Positions 46,687 to 58,194 of a stretch of DNA of 64,000 nt are shown here, one piece after another. The notes beneath the pieces were generated by a model. The model was not told the origin of the DNA and did not search any database. It saw only the letters and a list, made by a program, of their open reading frames with translations. The position numbers and the translations under genes are program-made. Location of the stretch: positions 160,001-224,000 of the forward strand of contig JAWARQ010000001.1 of the NCBI GenBank assembly GCA_038893355.1, in the 5' to 3' direction. Positions within the stretch are counted from its first letter, which is position 1. Every line of letters begins with the position of its first letter. This DNA is from Sulfolobaceae archaeon. GTDB taxonomy: Archaea > Thermoproteota > Thermoprotei_A > Sulfolobales > Sulfolobaceae.

Positions 46687-47281
46687 TACGATTTCATTAT
46701 TTCTTTTGATAAATTTACACTTTTTGAGAACCCTCTGTTTTTCATAACATCAACTTTTTTACATGCTTGCAGTAAATTATCACGGTTTGAAGATTTATTT
46801 TAAGGATGAGGAGAGCCTAGAATCATTTTTGAGAAAATACGGTATCAGTAGGGAAGAAGTAGAGATAATCTTGGATTCGGAGGAATGGTCGAGATAATTT
46901 AACACGCGGTGGTTATGAACTCACAACTTTCTCTGAAATTTCATACACTTTTTCCGGCTCTAGTTCATCGTTCAGTCTTACGAAATAACCTTCTCCCACT
47001 TGAGCTATCCATGACCCGGTATACTTTCCTTTACACACTCCGTTCAGACTAGTGTGTTCCTAATTTTAAATATATCTATTGGTGTACTTGGTTAAATTAT
47101 AGGTACAAAAATAATAGAATTACTCGATTAGGAGTTATGGTAAACTGAGGAGTTTAACGCTTTGAAACGTCTTACGTTTTCTGCTATCATTTTGTTCTAC
47201 TTTTCTTTAGCATTATGATTCTATTCCTTTAACATGCAACACAAAACGTTTCTTTTACACGTTTTAATGAAACGCTATCTA

Positions 47282-47324
47282 GCCTGCCGAGCCCTTGACC
47301 CGGGTTCAAATCCCGGCCGCGGCG
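47282..47324 (+). repeat. att site: duplicated 3' part of tRNA-Asp
   Basis: 42 of 43 bp identical to 42519-42561. Confidence 0.93.
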
Positions 47325-47453
47325 TAGTATAGATAATATTTATAATAACAACTACAGTATAGTAGAATTTAATTAATAAGAAATTTACTAAAATCTTAAA
47401 TTTTACTCTAATAAACTCTTTTATGCTTCATATCGAGGTTAAAGTATAGAATG

Positions 47454-47528
47454 CGGACCCGCCGGGATTCGAACCCGGGACCTTGGGTTCCGGAGACCCA
47501 CGCTCTATCCTGGCTGAGCTACGGGTCC
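47454..47528 (-). tRNA. tRNA-Arg(CCG)
   Basis: GGACCCG/CGGGTCC acceptor, TGGGT-CT-CCG-GA-ACCCA. Confidence 0.96.
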
Positions 47529-47889
47529 TTTACATTCATTTAACTTTTGGATAAAATAATTAATAATTTCATTCACTCTTGGTTTTGCAAATAGAGAGCT
47601 TCCGTTATACTTGAACGAAATAATCAAATTCGTTGAGTTACCTATAAGTTCGCTGAACATGTCAAATACTATTGTTAGCTTATCTCTTTCCCCCTCTAAT
47701 ATATATTATTCTATCATAATCCGCGTCTATATAGAATCTATATTCTTTTTTTATTTCTTTAATTTTAATAATAACATTGTTTTTATCTTTTCTTTCTATT
47801 ATATCATTAAAAAATCTAAAAGGATTTAATAACATTGTTTTTATCTTTTCTTTCTTGCAATTTATACGAATTCTTATTGTTTTACTCAT
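47529..47889 (-). pseudogene. Frameshifted paralog of the 54445-54780 protein
   Basis: ORF 47680-47889 continues in another frame as LEGERDKLTIVF...IQKLNEC and aligns by eye with 54445-54780. Confidence 0.6.
47769..47855. repeat. Perfect 29-bp direct repeat, two copies
   Basis: TAATAACATTGTTTTTATCTTTTCTTTCT at 47769-47797 and 47827-47855. Confidence 0.9.
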
Positions 47890-48453
47890 TACTTGGCTAC
47901 CTCGTGATGTATACTTACGTAGTCGGTTCTCACAATAAGTATTCTCGTTAAAATTATTGTAATAGATACATGTTTTTATTGCTTATATTATGTCATTTTT
48001 TATAGCATAATGTTTTTAAATCAAATCAAATTTCCATTCTGTTCAAATCTAATATCTAGATATATTTCTATTAAATATTAACGTAATAAATATTAAATTT
48101 TTTAAAAACGAGGAAAATGATAGAAAGAAAATAATATCAGAACGTGTTTATTTCCCATTACTATCTAGTCGTTGTCTAATTTCTTAGTGGTAGTTCTATA
48201 ATAACTTTAGTCGTTAATAACAATCTCGCTTTATTCATATAATAATCTAAAGAGTTGAGGTTTGGAAATTGTCACTATTTTGTTAATAAATTATTAGATT
48301 GTAAAAAGTTACGCTTAATTAAGTGCCGATTTTAGGTAAGACCTATTTACACTTAACTTTTTAGCAGTAAAATTATAAATATATTATCACATGATTTAGG
48401 GGTATTTTTATGTTAGAAAAATTTATATAAAATCTTATGCAATATTATATAAT

Positions 48454-49404
48454 ATGAAAATACCGCTAGTAGGTGGGAGAGAGATAGAACCATCTGAACT
48501 AGGTTTCACATTAATTCACGAGCATCTAAAAGTAGAATCTGAGGCTGTAAAATTTCAATGGCCTCATCTCTATAATGATGAACTCGCATTAAAGCTTGCA
48601 GTTGATGAAGTTAAAAAGGTAATGAGATTTGGAGTAAAGAGTATATGTGATCCTACTGTTATGGGTTTAGGTAGGGATATAAGATTTATGGAGAGAGTAG
48701 TAAAAGAGACTGGAATCCAATTACTTGCAGCAACAGGTATTTATATTTATACTGATCTACCATTCTATTTTGTAGGAAGAAGTGTAGATGAGATAGCGGA
48801 TTTGTTCGTACATGATATTAAGCAAGGCATTCAAGGTACTAAAAATAGGGCCGCATTTATTAAATTTGCAACAGATGAACCTGGTGTAACGCCTGATGTG
48901 GAGAAAGTAATAAGGGCAGCTGCTATAGCTCATAAGGAGACTGGAGTTCCAATAATAACACATTCGAATGCTCATAAGCGTACTGGTTTAGATCAACAAA
49001 GAATCTTGAAAGAAGAAGGGGTAGATTTAGGGAGAGTGTTAATAGGTCATGTGGGAGATAGTGAGGATATAGAATACGTAAAGAAAATTATTGAAAATGG
49101 ATCATATGTTGGTTTAGATAGGTACGGTTTAGATTTATTCCTTCCGATAGAGAAAAGGAATGAAGTAGTTTTAAGGTTGATCAGAGAAGGTTATATAGAT
49201 AAGATCTTTCTCTCTCAAGATTATTGTTGTACGATAGATTGGGGAATTGCAAAACCCGAAAATAAACCTAAATTGGCTCCTAAGTGGTCTATGTCATTAT
49301 TATTTGAGGAGGTTATCCCTACGTTAAAGAGGCATGGTGTTAAAGATGAGCATATATATTTAATATTTGTAGAGAATCCTAAAAGATTCTTTTCTGGTAA
49401 GTAA
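48454..49404 (+). CDS. php: Phosphotriesterase-like lactonase (SsoPox-like)
   Basis: MKIPLVG, LIHEHL, DPTVMGLGRD, THS, GH, SQDYCCTIDWG. Confidence 0.93.
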   Translation: MKIPLVGGREIEPSELGFTLIHEHLKVESEAVKFQWPHLYNDELALKLAVDEVKKVMRFGVKSICDPTVMGLGRDIRFMERVVKETGIQLLAATGIYIYTDLPFYFVGRSVDEIADLFVHDIKQGIQGTKNRAAFIKFATDEPGVTPDVEKVIRAAAIAHKETGVPIITHSNAHKRTGLDQQRILKEEGVDLGRVLIGHVGDSEDIEYVKKIIENGSYVGLDRYGLDLFLPIEKRNEVVLRLIREGYIDKIFLSQDYCCTIDWGIAKPENKPKLAPKWSMSLLFEEVIPTLKRHGVKDEHIYLIFVENPKRFFSGK

Positions 49405-49409
49405 GTAGA

Positions 49410-49429
49410 GCTGGGGGATAACCCCCAGC
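49410..49429. other. Perfect GC-rich hairpin between convergent php and tRNA-Asn
   Basis: GCTGGGGG-ATAA-CCCCCAGC. Confidence 0.6.
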
Positions 49430-49501
49430 GCCGGAGCCAGGATTCGAACCTGGGACCTTCCGGTTAACAGCCGGACGCTCTGCCAGCTAAGCTACTCCGG
49501 C
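49429..49501 (-). tRNA. tRNA-Asn(GTT)
   Basis: GCCGGAG/CTCCGGC acceptor, TCCGG-CT-GTT-AA-CCGGA. Confidence 0.96.
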
Positions 49502-49682
49502 AAATCTCATTATACCATCCCTACTTAAAAAATTTATTTTCATGATAAAAAGTCATGAGATGTTCTTCTTTTTTAAATCTTAACCTAGGTTTGTTGATAT
49601 CTATAAAGTGGTAGCGCTTATTCTTTATATTTCACTTTATTTATAGAGAAGTTTAAATATCTAGCTCTGCCTAATTTTTAAT

Positions 49683-49760
49683 TGGTAGCGGGGCCAGGAT
49701 TTGAACCTGGGACCTCGGGGTTATGAGCCCCGCGGCCTAACCTGGCTGGCCTACCCCGCT
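49683..49760 (-). tRNA. Initiator tRNA-Met(CAT), CCA encoded
   Basis: A1:U72 pair, consecutive G-C pairs in the anticodon stem, CAT anticodon. Confidence 0.95.
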
Positions 49761-49904
49761 AAACTACTAATTGATTTGGTATCATTTAAAGTTATTGCTT
49801 CAATAAACTTATTTTAAATAAATTAATATTTATTTTCCTATTTAATTTTATAAATTGTGACTATACATAAAACTTATAATAGCCTTAATTATAACATTAT
49901 TTAA

Positions 49905-49980
49905 GGAGGGTCTGGTAGGATCACTCCCGGGAGTAGCTATCATAGCTTCGATGAGCGGGAGTCCATAGAATTCCATTATA
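49905..49980 (+). ncRNA. K-turn small RNA (atypical H/ACA-like)
   Basis: Stem ACTCCCG/CGGGAGT, K-turn (GA 49931-32, bulge GAT, GA 49953-54), ATA 15 nt after the stem, TTATAA at 49874-49879. Confidence 0.65.
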
Positions 49981-50016
49981 GAATAGTTTATATCCTAGAT
50001 TTTAAGAATAATTTCT

Positions 50017-50583
50017 GTGCCGAAGAAGAAAGGCGAGAGAGTATTAATAGCTATTAGAGAAGATCTTGTTGAAGAGATAAATAATATTGCAAATAAGCAT
50101 GGAAGAAATTATAGAGATATCATAGAAATGATTTTAGAGCAATTCATAAAAACATATCAATTACTTAATAAAATAGAAAACTTTCATTTATATTTTATAG
50201 TATCTTACGCGTTTTTAAATTCCGGATTTGGGTTCTACCATCCAGCCCTCGGATCTTCATATATTGATGGAAATTATTCAAACTTAGGAAGGATTTTAGG
50301 GAAACATTTTTTATCGATAGGAGTATTTAGTAAAGAATTAATTGAGATTATTTTAAAATTTCTTCTCCCGCCTAATCCTAATATAGTTGTCGAGGAAAAC
50401 AGTAACGAGATTATTTTAAGGCTAAATAGTGTAATAGTAAGTAGGCCAGAAAATTTAATTATGGCCAAGAATATTATTAATGGAATTATGGAGGTTAACG
50501 GTTATAAACTAGTTAAAGAAAATTTAGAAAACATAGGTGCACAATTTTTTACTGGAGAGATTAGGTATGTTAAGCGGGAATAA
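50017..50583 (+). CDS. Putative regulator with N-terminal ribbon-helix-helix
   Basis: RVLIAIREDLVEEINNIANKHGRNYRDIIEMIL pattern. Confidence 0.6.
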   Translation: MPKKKGERVLIAIREDLVEEINNIANKHGRNYRDIIEMILEQFIKTYQLLNKIENFHLYFIVSYAFLNSGFGFYHPALGSSYIDGNYSNLGRILGKHFLSIGVFSKELIEIILKFLLPPNPNIVVEENSNEIILRLNSVIVSRPENLIMAKNIINGIMEVNGYKLVKENLENIGAQFFTGEIRYVKRE

Positions 50584-50624
50584 TAGTGAAAGAATATTAA
50601 TTCTCTTGTTATGATTTCAGAATA

Positions 50625-51173
50625 ATGAGTGGTATATCTAATGCGAGTAAAAGAAGGGCACCTTGTTTTATGGATAGCAACTTATTGGAATTTGTTAAAG
50701 CTGAGTCTAAAAAGAGAAATACGAGTGTATATAGGTACACTAATTATTTGATAGAAAATTCTTTATATATCGAGACAGTAATTGGTATGCCGTTATCTCA
50801 AGTTAGAGAATTTTTAGAGATTCTTAAATCATTAATTGATGCAGGGGGAATGATAGTACCAGTAGTTTTTCTAGGCGAGTATTGTAATGCAGAAATGTGG
50901 AAAATTTATGGAAAATCTGTTATTAGATCTATGAAAAATTCTAAAAAGAATATATCTAAAAATGATCTATTAACGATATTTTTGTATTTCTTAAAACTAA
51001 TTCCAGGAAATTCAATAAGTAGCAGTGATAATAGTTTATCAGTACTCTCAGTATATCTTAAGAAAAAAACAGCAGAATGTATCTCAAATTTCTTTTATTC
51101 AGCAGCAGAGGTTGCAGGATATAATATTAAAATTGATATAGACGAGAATTATATGAAGATAGTAATAGAATGA
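50625..51173 (+). CDS. Putative regulator with N-terminal ribbon-helix-helix
   Basis: PCFMDSNLLEFVKAESKKRNTSVYRYTNYLI pattern. Confidence 0.55.
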   Translation: MSGISNASKRRAPCFMDSNLLEFVKAESKKRNTSVYRYTNYLIENSLYIETVIGMPLSQVREFLEILKSLIDAGGMIVPVVFLGEYCNAEMWKIYGKSVIRSMKNSKKNISKNDLLTIFLYFLKLIPGNSISSSDNSLSVLSVYLKKKTAECISNFFYSAAEVAGYNIKIDIDENYMKIVIE

Positions 51174-52054
51174 TATTTGCGGGTATAGATCCTGGCTCAG
51201 AATCCTATGGTATAGCATTTGTTGATGAGTTAGGCAGAATAATAAAATATATTGAGGTACCAACAGATTTAATTCCAAAGTATGTAATTTATATTATAAA
51301 ACTTATAAGAGATTTAAGGCCTAGTATAGTAGCCTTACCTTCAGGGCACGGTCTCCCTTTTGTAAATTCTAGGCAAATAGGTGATAATGAAATATTTTAT
51401 ATGACTTTAGCTGATCCTAATAAGACTGGACACCTAAGAAGCTTTCTAAGATATTCATTCCTGATAGAGGATGCATATACAATACCGAGTGTAAAAGAAC
51501 TCGAGAGTATAGCAGAGTATAAGAAAATAAATGTAATAGATTTAGGAACTTCAGATAAAGTTGCTTCAGCGTTTTTTTATAGGACATTTTTTGAAAGTTT
51601 TGTATTAGTTGAGTTAGGAAGAAAGTTCAGTAGTATAATAGTTGTTAAGGATGGACGGATTATTGATGGATTTGGAGGAACCTTTATAGGAATACCTGGC
51701 GGAATTGATGGAGAATTAGTATATTTAATTAGTAATTTTTCTAAACAAAAAATTAGTAAAGAAAGCATATATAATGTTTTAGAAAGAAAAAGGGGGTTAG
51801 AGATTATTAGAATTATAGCAGAGTGGTACTCTAGTAAGATTGATGCACCAATAATAGTCTCGGGAAAGAATAAGCATGAATTAGAAATAGGTTTAAAATT
51901 TGAGTTTAAATTTAAAGAAGCTGCAGTTGGTGCAGCATATATAGCTAATGCAATAGGTAGTGGGATTTTTAGAAGATTCTTAGAAATGCTAAAAAGTTCT
52001 GGAAATCCATTAATACATATTAGGTTAAAGGAATGGCAAGAAATTATGTTTTAG
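51170..52054 (+). CDS. DUF1464 family ASKHA-fold kinase-like protein
   Basis: GIDPGSESY, PSGHG, IDLGTSDK, IIDGFGG, EAAVGAA. Confidence 0.85.
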   Translation: MIFAGIDPGSESYGIAFVDELGRIIKYIEVPTDLIPKYVIYIIKLIRDLRPSIVALPSGHGLPFVNSRQIGDNEIFYMTLADPNKTGHLRSFLRYSFLIEDAYTIPSVKELESIAEYKKINVIDLGTSDKVASAFFYRTFFESFVLVELGRKFSSIIVVKDGRIIDGFGGTFIGIPGGIDGELVYLISNFSKQKISKESIYNVLERKRGLEIIRIIAEWYSSKIDAPIIVSGKNKHELEIGLKFEFKFKEAAVGAAYIANAIGSGIFRRFLEMLKSSGNPLIHIRLKEWQEIMF

Positions 52055-52935
52055 ATAGAGATATATTAATTGATGTTAATAATAATATATATGTAGCATT
52101 AACTAACTATAATCCGTATGGATATTATTTTGCATATTTAAAATACACATATACTGGAAGTGGTATATGGAAGGGATATGAGAGAGTATATAGATATTAT
52201 GGTGTCCATAATTTAATTAAATTAAACCAAGAGTTCATGTTCGAACCCTGCTATGATGTAAGTTTTCCTATATTAAGATGGTCAAAAATTAGATATCATT
52301 TGAAACCTGAAGAGTTTGTTGAAAAATTTTTGAAAAAATCACAAAATAATTTACAAGAGGAAATTCTAATAGAAGTTCTAGAAAAGATAGGAACGAAAGG
52401 AGTAGGAGTTACGGGTTCATTATTAGCTGGAATTTCACATAAATTATCCGATGTAGATATAATAATATATGGCTGTAAGAGAAGTATGGAATTTATAGAA
52501 TCTTTTCAAGGTTTCCAGAACGATAATGAATGGATAGTAGAAACTGCAGAAAATTATAAGATTGATATCTCCTTAGCGAAATTACTTTATGATAACAGAA
52601 GAAGAGGAATTTATAAAGGGGTAAAAATTTCAATTCTCTTTAATAGTGGAGAGACTGAAAAATACTGTAAGAAGATTTGTAGAAAATTAGGGAAAGTAAA
52701 ATTCTTAGGTAATATTGAAGGCGATTGTAAAGCCTTGTTTTATCCTGCTGAGGCACTAGTAAATGAAAGTAATGATGTTAAAGTAGATAAGATTATTTCA
52801 TATGAGGGTATATTCTCATCAGCTTTATTTGGTAATAAAAGGGTTTATGTTGAGGGAATGCTAATGGATTGTGAGGATGAGAAGATTGTCATTGTCGGAG
52901 ATAGAGAAATTAGAGGACTTATCAGACCCTTGTGA
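52033..52935 (+). CDS. Nucleotidyltransferase-domain protein
   Basis: AYLKY, GVTGSLLAG..SDVDIIIYG. Confidence 0.8.
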   Translation: MARNYVLDRDILIDVNNNIYVALTNYNPYGYYFAYLKYTYTGSGIWKGYERVYRYYGVHNLIKLNQEFMFEPCYDVSFPILRWSKIRYHLKPEEFVEKFLKKSQNNLQEEILIEVLEKIGTKGVGVTGSLLAGISHKLSDVDIIIYGCKRSMEFIESFQGFQNDNEWIVETAENYKIDISLAKLLYDNRRRGIYKGVKISILFNSGETEKYCKKICRKLGKVKFLGNIEGDCKALFYPAEALVNESNDVKVDKIISYEGIFSSALFGNKRVYVEGMLMDCEDEKIVIVGDREIRGLIRPL

Positions 52936-53767
52936 AATTATAAGTAGCATTCTTTGTAAGGCAAGTATTGATGAGGCTTATGTGTTTAAGCCAGGCAATG
53001 CTTCACGAGATCAAGATATAGAAAGTGTGAGATTTAAAGATATAATTGAAAGCGCTTTACTTCTTAAGACAACATATTATACTTCGTGTAAAAGGGGTAT
53101 AAACAATTCTAGGCCAATCTTTGATCTTTTGTATAATACTGTAATTATAAGCCTTAGGATTGGTATTAGATTTTCATTATTTGGTACTTCAATACTCCTC
53201 TTACCCATAGCATACTTATCTGCAAATGCGAGTAGTATATGGAATTTACTTGAGTTGCTTAAAAAAAATTTTAACAGTCTAGACGAAGTTGAAGGTGAAT
53301 GGTTTATTAAGACACTAAGATTACTCAATCCAAGCTACTTAGGAAAATTAGAAGGTAAGATGGATTATAGGAATATGAGTAAGGTTAAGTTAAGTGAGAT
53401 TCTAGAATATTCTGCGAGAGTTGATAGCGTATCAAGAAATGTAGTACTAGGTTATCCTTTTTCCTTGAAAGTGTATAAGATATTGAAGGAGGGAAGATGT
53501 GGAAGCTTTGAGAGTGATGTACAAAGAGCGTATATTAGTCTATTAAAAGAAATCCCGGATGGGTTAATATATAGAAAGCATGGAGCTAGGGCAGCAATTA
53601 ATGTCGCGAAATATGCTAGAAATATTTCTGAATGCCCTAGTGAGGCAGAGCTTAAGGAATTTAATAAATATCTTTTATCAAATAAGTTCAACCCTGGCTC
53701 TACTGCAGATTTAGTGGCTTCTGGGATAGCGTTATTTTATCTCGAGAGGTACTTTTATCTCAAATGA
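52877..53767 (+). CDS. CitG family triphosphoribosyl-dephospho-CoA synthase-like protein
   Basis: KPGNAS, PDGLIYRKHG, NPGSTADL. Confidence 0.85.
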   Translation: MRRLSLSEIEKLEDLSDPCEIISSILCKASIDEAYVFKPGNASRDQDIESVRFKDIIESALLLKTTYYTSCKRGINNSRPIFDLLYNTVIISLRIGIRFSLFGTSILLLPIAYLSANASSIWNLLELLKKNFNSLDEVEGEWFIKTLRLLNPSYLGKLEGKMDYRNMSKVKLSEILEYSARVDSVSRNVVLGYPFSLKVYKILKEGRCGSFESDVQRAYISLLKEIPDGLIYRKHGARAAINVAKYARNISECPSEAELKEFNKYLLSNKFNPGSTADLVASGIALFYLERYFYLK

Positions 53768-54249
53768 AGCTATTGTTAATTTCTGGCGTGGAGTGTTATA
53801 ATAGACTTCTTGATTGGATAAATTCTCAAACACGAGATTTTAATTATATTATAGGGCTAGGAGATGTCGAATGCCCACAATATATTAATAATTTTTATGG
53901 TATAATTGGTGAGATAGAAAGCGTATTTGTTTTTAAATGGTTAAAAAATAATGGAAGATTATTATATAGGTTAAATAATATTTCTACGGACTTTTCTACT
54001 GAAATTGTAGTAACACACTATCCTCCTAGCAATTTAGGGAAAGTACTTAGATTTGATATAGGTTCGAATGAAGTTTATAAAAAAATGATTTTATATAAGC
54101 CGAAAATTCTTATTCATGGTCATTCTGAGAATGTAGGAATTTCAGAAGTAGAAGGGACTCAAGTTATTTCTATAGGTTTACTAAGAGATGGTAATTATGC
54201 AGTATACGAAAATGGAAAGATATTTTTTAAGCATGTTAGAATTTATTAA
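53764..54249 (+). CDS. Metallophosphoesterase-like protein
   Basis: GLGD, THYPP, IGS, HGHS. Confidence 0.75.
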   Translation: MKLLLISGVECYNRLLDWINSQTRDFNYIIGLGDVECPQYINNFYGIIGEIESVFVFKWLKNNGRLLYRLNNISTDFSTEIVVTHYPPSNLGKVLRFDIGSNEVYKKMILYKPKILIHGHSENVGISEVEGTQVISIGLLRDGNYAVYENGKIFFKHVRIY

Positions 54250-54444
54250 AATATACTATAATAATTTTTTAAAAATTATATAGCTTTATATTAATTTTTA
54301 CTAATATAATAGTTTTTTTATTATATATTATTTAATAAATTATAAATTTCTAAATATATTTTTTGCTAGATATAAATTATTTTATCAATTGAGTTAATTA
54401 TATGAAACACTTTTATACTGTATTGATAATTATTCTATTAGGGA

Positions 54445-54780
54445 ATGTCTAAAGTAAGAGCTTCAATTCAATTTAGTTGTGATAAATATAAGATAATTAC
54501 AAATATCCTTAACGTACCGAAATCGGTAGGAAGAATAGAGGGGAATAAATTACTATTAAACTTCGATAATAATTCTTATTTATTAAGTATTTATGCTGAG
54601 TACAATTATATTATATTTAATTCAGAGGGTGAAAAGTCAAGATTATTATTAGAATTTAAGGTGGCAATGAATACCGTGGATATTAACGTGCAATATGAGG
54701 GTAGAGGTAAATTGTCTAATTATAGAAATTTAAAAGATTTTTTAGATGAAATAATCATAAAAATTCTTCAAAACTGTTAA
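54445..54780 (+). CDS. Hypothetical protein, possibly SRPBCC/START-like fold
   Basis: Upstream TATA (TTTTATA); beta-rich middle with C-terminal helix; paralog at 47529-47889. Confidence 0.6.
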   Translation: MSKVRASIQFSCDKYKIITNILNVPKSVGRIEGNKLLLNFDNNSYLLSIYAEYNYIIFNSEGEKSRLLLEFKVAMNTVDINVQYEGRGKLSNYRNLKDFLDEIIIKILQNC

Positions 54781-54815
54781 TAATAAGACCTCCTCTTAGT
54801 TATTATTAGTAGAAA

Positions 54816-55511
54816 ATGGAAAAGGTTATTGAGTTAATAAATGTTACAAAGATTTACAAATCGAGATCAACAGAATATATAGCACTTAGGGATATTAATC
54901 TAGAAATAGAAAAAGGAGAATTTGTAGCAATAGTTGGACCTTCTGGTTCTGGGAAGACTACTTTACTTAATATTATTGGACTTCTAGACTCTCCAACATA
55001 TGGCAAGGTAATATTAGAAGGTAAAGATGTTACAATGTTAAATGATAACGAGAAGGCAAAGCTAAGGAATAAAAAGATAGGCTTCATATTCCAAACCTAT
55101 AATCTTATTAGTTACTTAACAGTGTACGAAAACGTAGAATTACCTCTTATTATTTCAGGAGTTCCAGAAGGAGAAAGGAGAAAGATAGTTATGAATACTT
55201 TATCAAAAATCCCGGGTTTACTTGATTTAAAGAATAAAAAACCTAATCAACTTTCAGCTGGTCAACAACAAAGAGTCGCAATTGCTAGGGCACTAGTAAT
55301 GAATCCTTCAATTATACTGGCTGATGAACCTACTGCTAATTTAGACACTAAGAATGGCCAAGCTATTATTTCATTATTTAGGGAAATTAATGATAAAATG
55401 GGTGTAACTATAATAATGGCGACCCATGATCCAGAAATGTTAAAGTATTGTAAGAGAATAATAAGAATTAGAGATGGAGTAATAGAGAAGGAGGAAAAGA
55501 TTATAAAGTAA
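54816..55511 (+). CDS. ABC transporter ATP-binding protein (LolD/MacB-like)
   Basis: [29 protein letters not shown]. Confidence 0.92.
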   Translation: MEKVIELINVTKIYKSRSTEYIALRDINLEIEKGEFVAIVGPSGSGKTTLLNIIGLLDSPTYGKVILEGKDVTMLNDNEKAKLRNKKIGFIFQTYNLISYLTVYENVELPLIISGVPEGERRKIVMNTLSKIPGLLDLKNKKPNQLSAGQQQRVAIARALVMNPSIILADEPTANLDTKNGQAIISLFREINDKMGVTIIMATHDPEMLKYCKRIIRIRDGVIEKEEKIIK

Positions 55512-55561
55512 TTATTGGGGCATTTAAGTTTAAAGTCATAGAGTATAATCTTGTAATATAT

Positions 55562-58192
<2,631 letters not shown>

Positions 58193-58194
58193 CT

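Noticed and set aside
47282-47324. Split or partial tRNA-Gly(GCC) gene
   Set aside because: Otherwise identical to the tRNA-Asp 3' part and bounds an integrase element, so it is an att site
47769-47855. Mini-CRISPR array
   Set aside because: Only two copies, no resemblance to Sulfolobales repeats, no cas genes, inside an ORF
54250-54444. Very AT-rich tract as a replication origin
   Set aside because: No ORB-like repeats and no cdc6 or whiP gene adjacent
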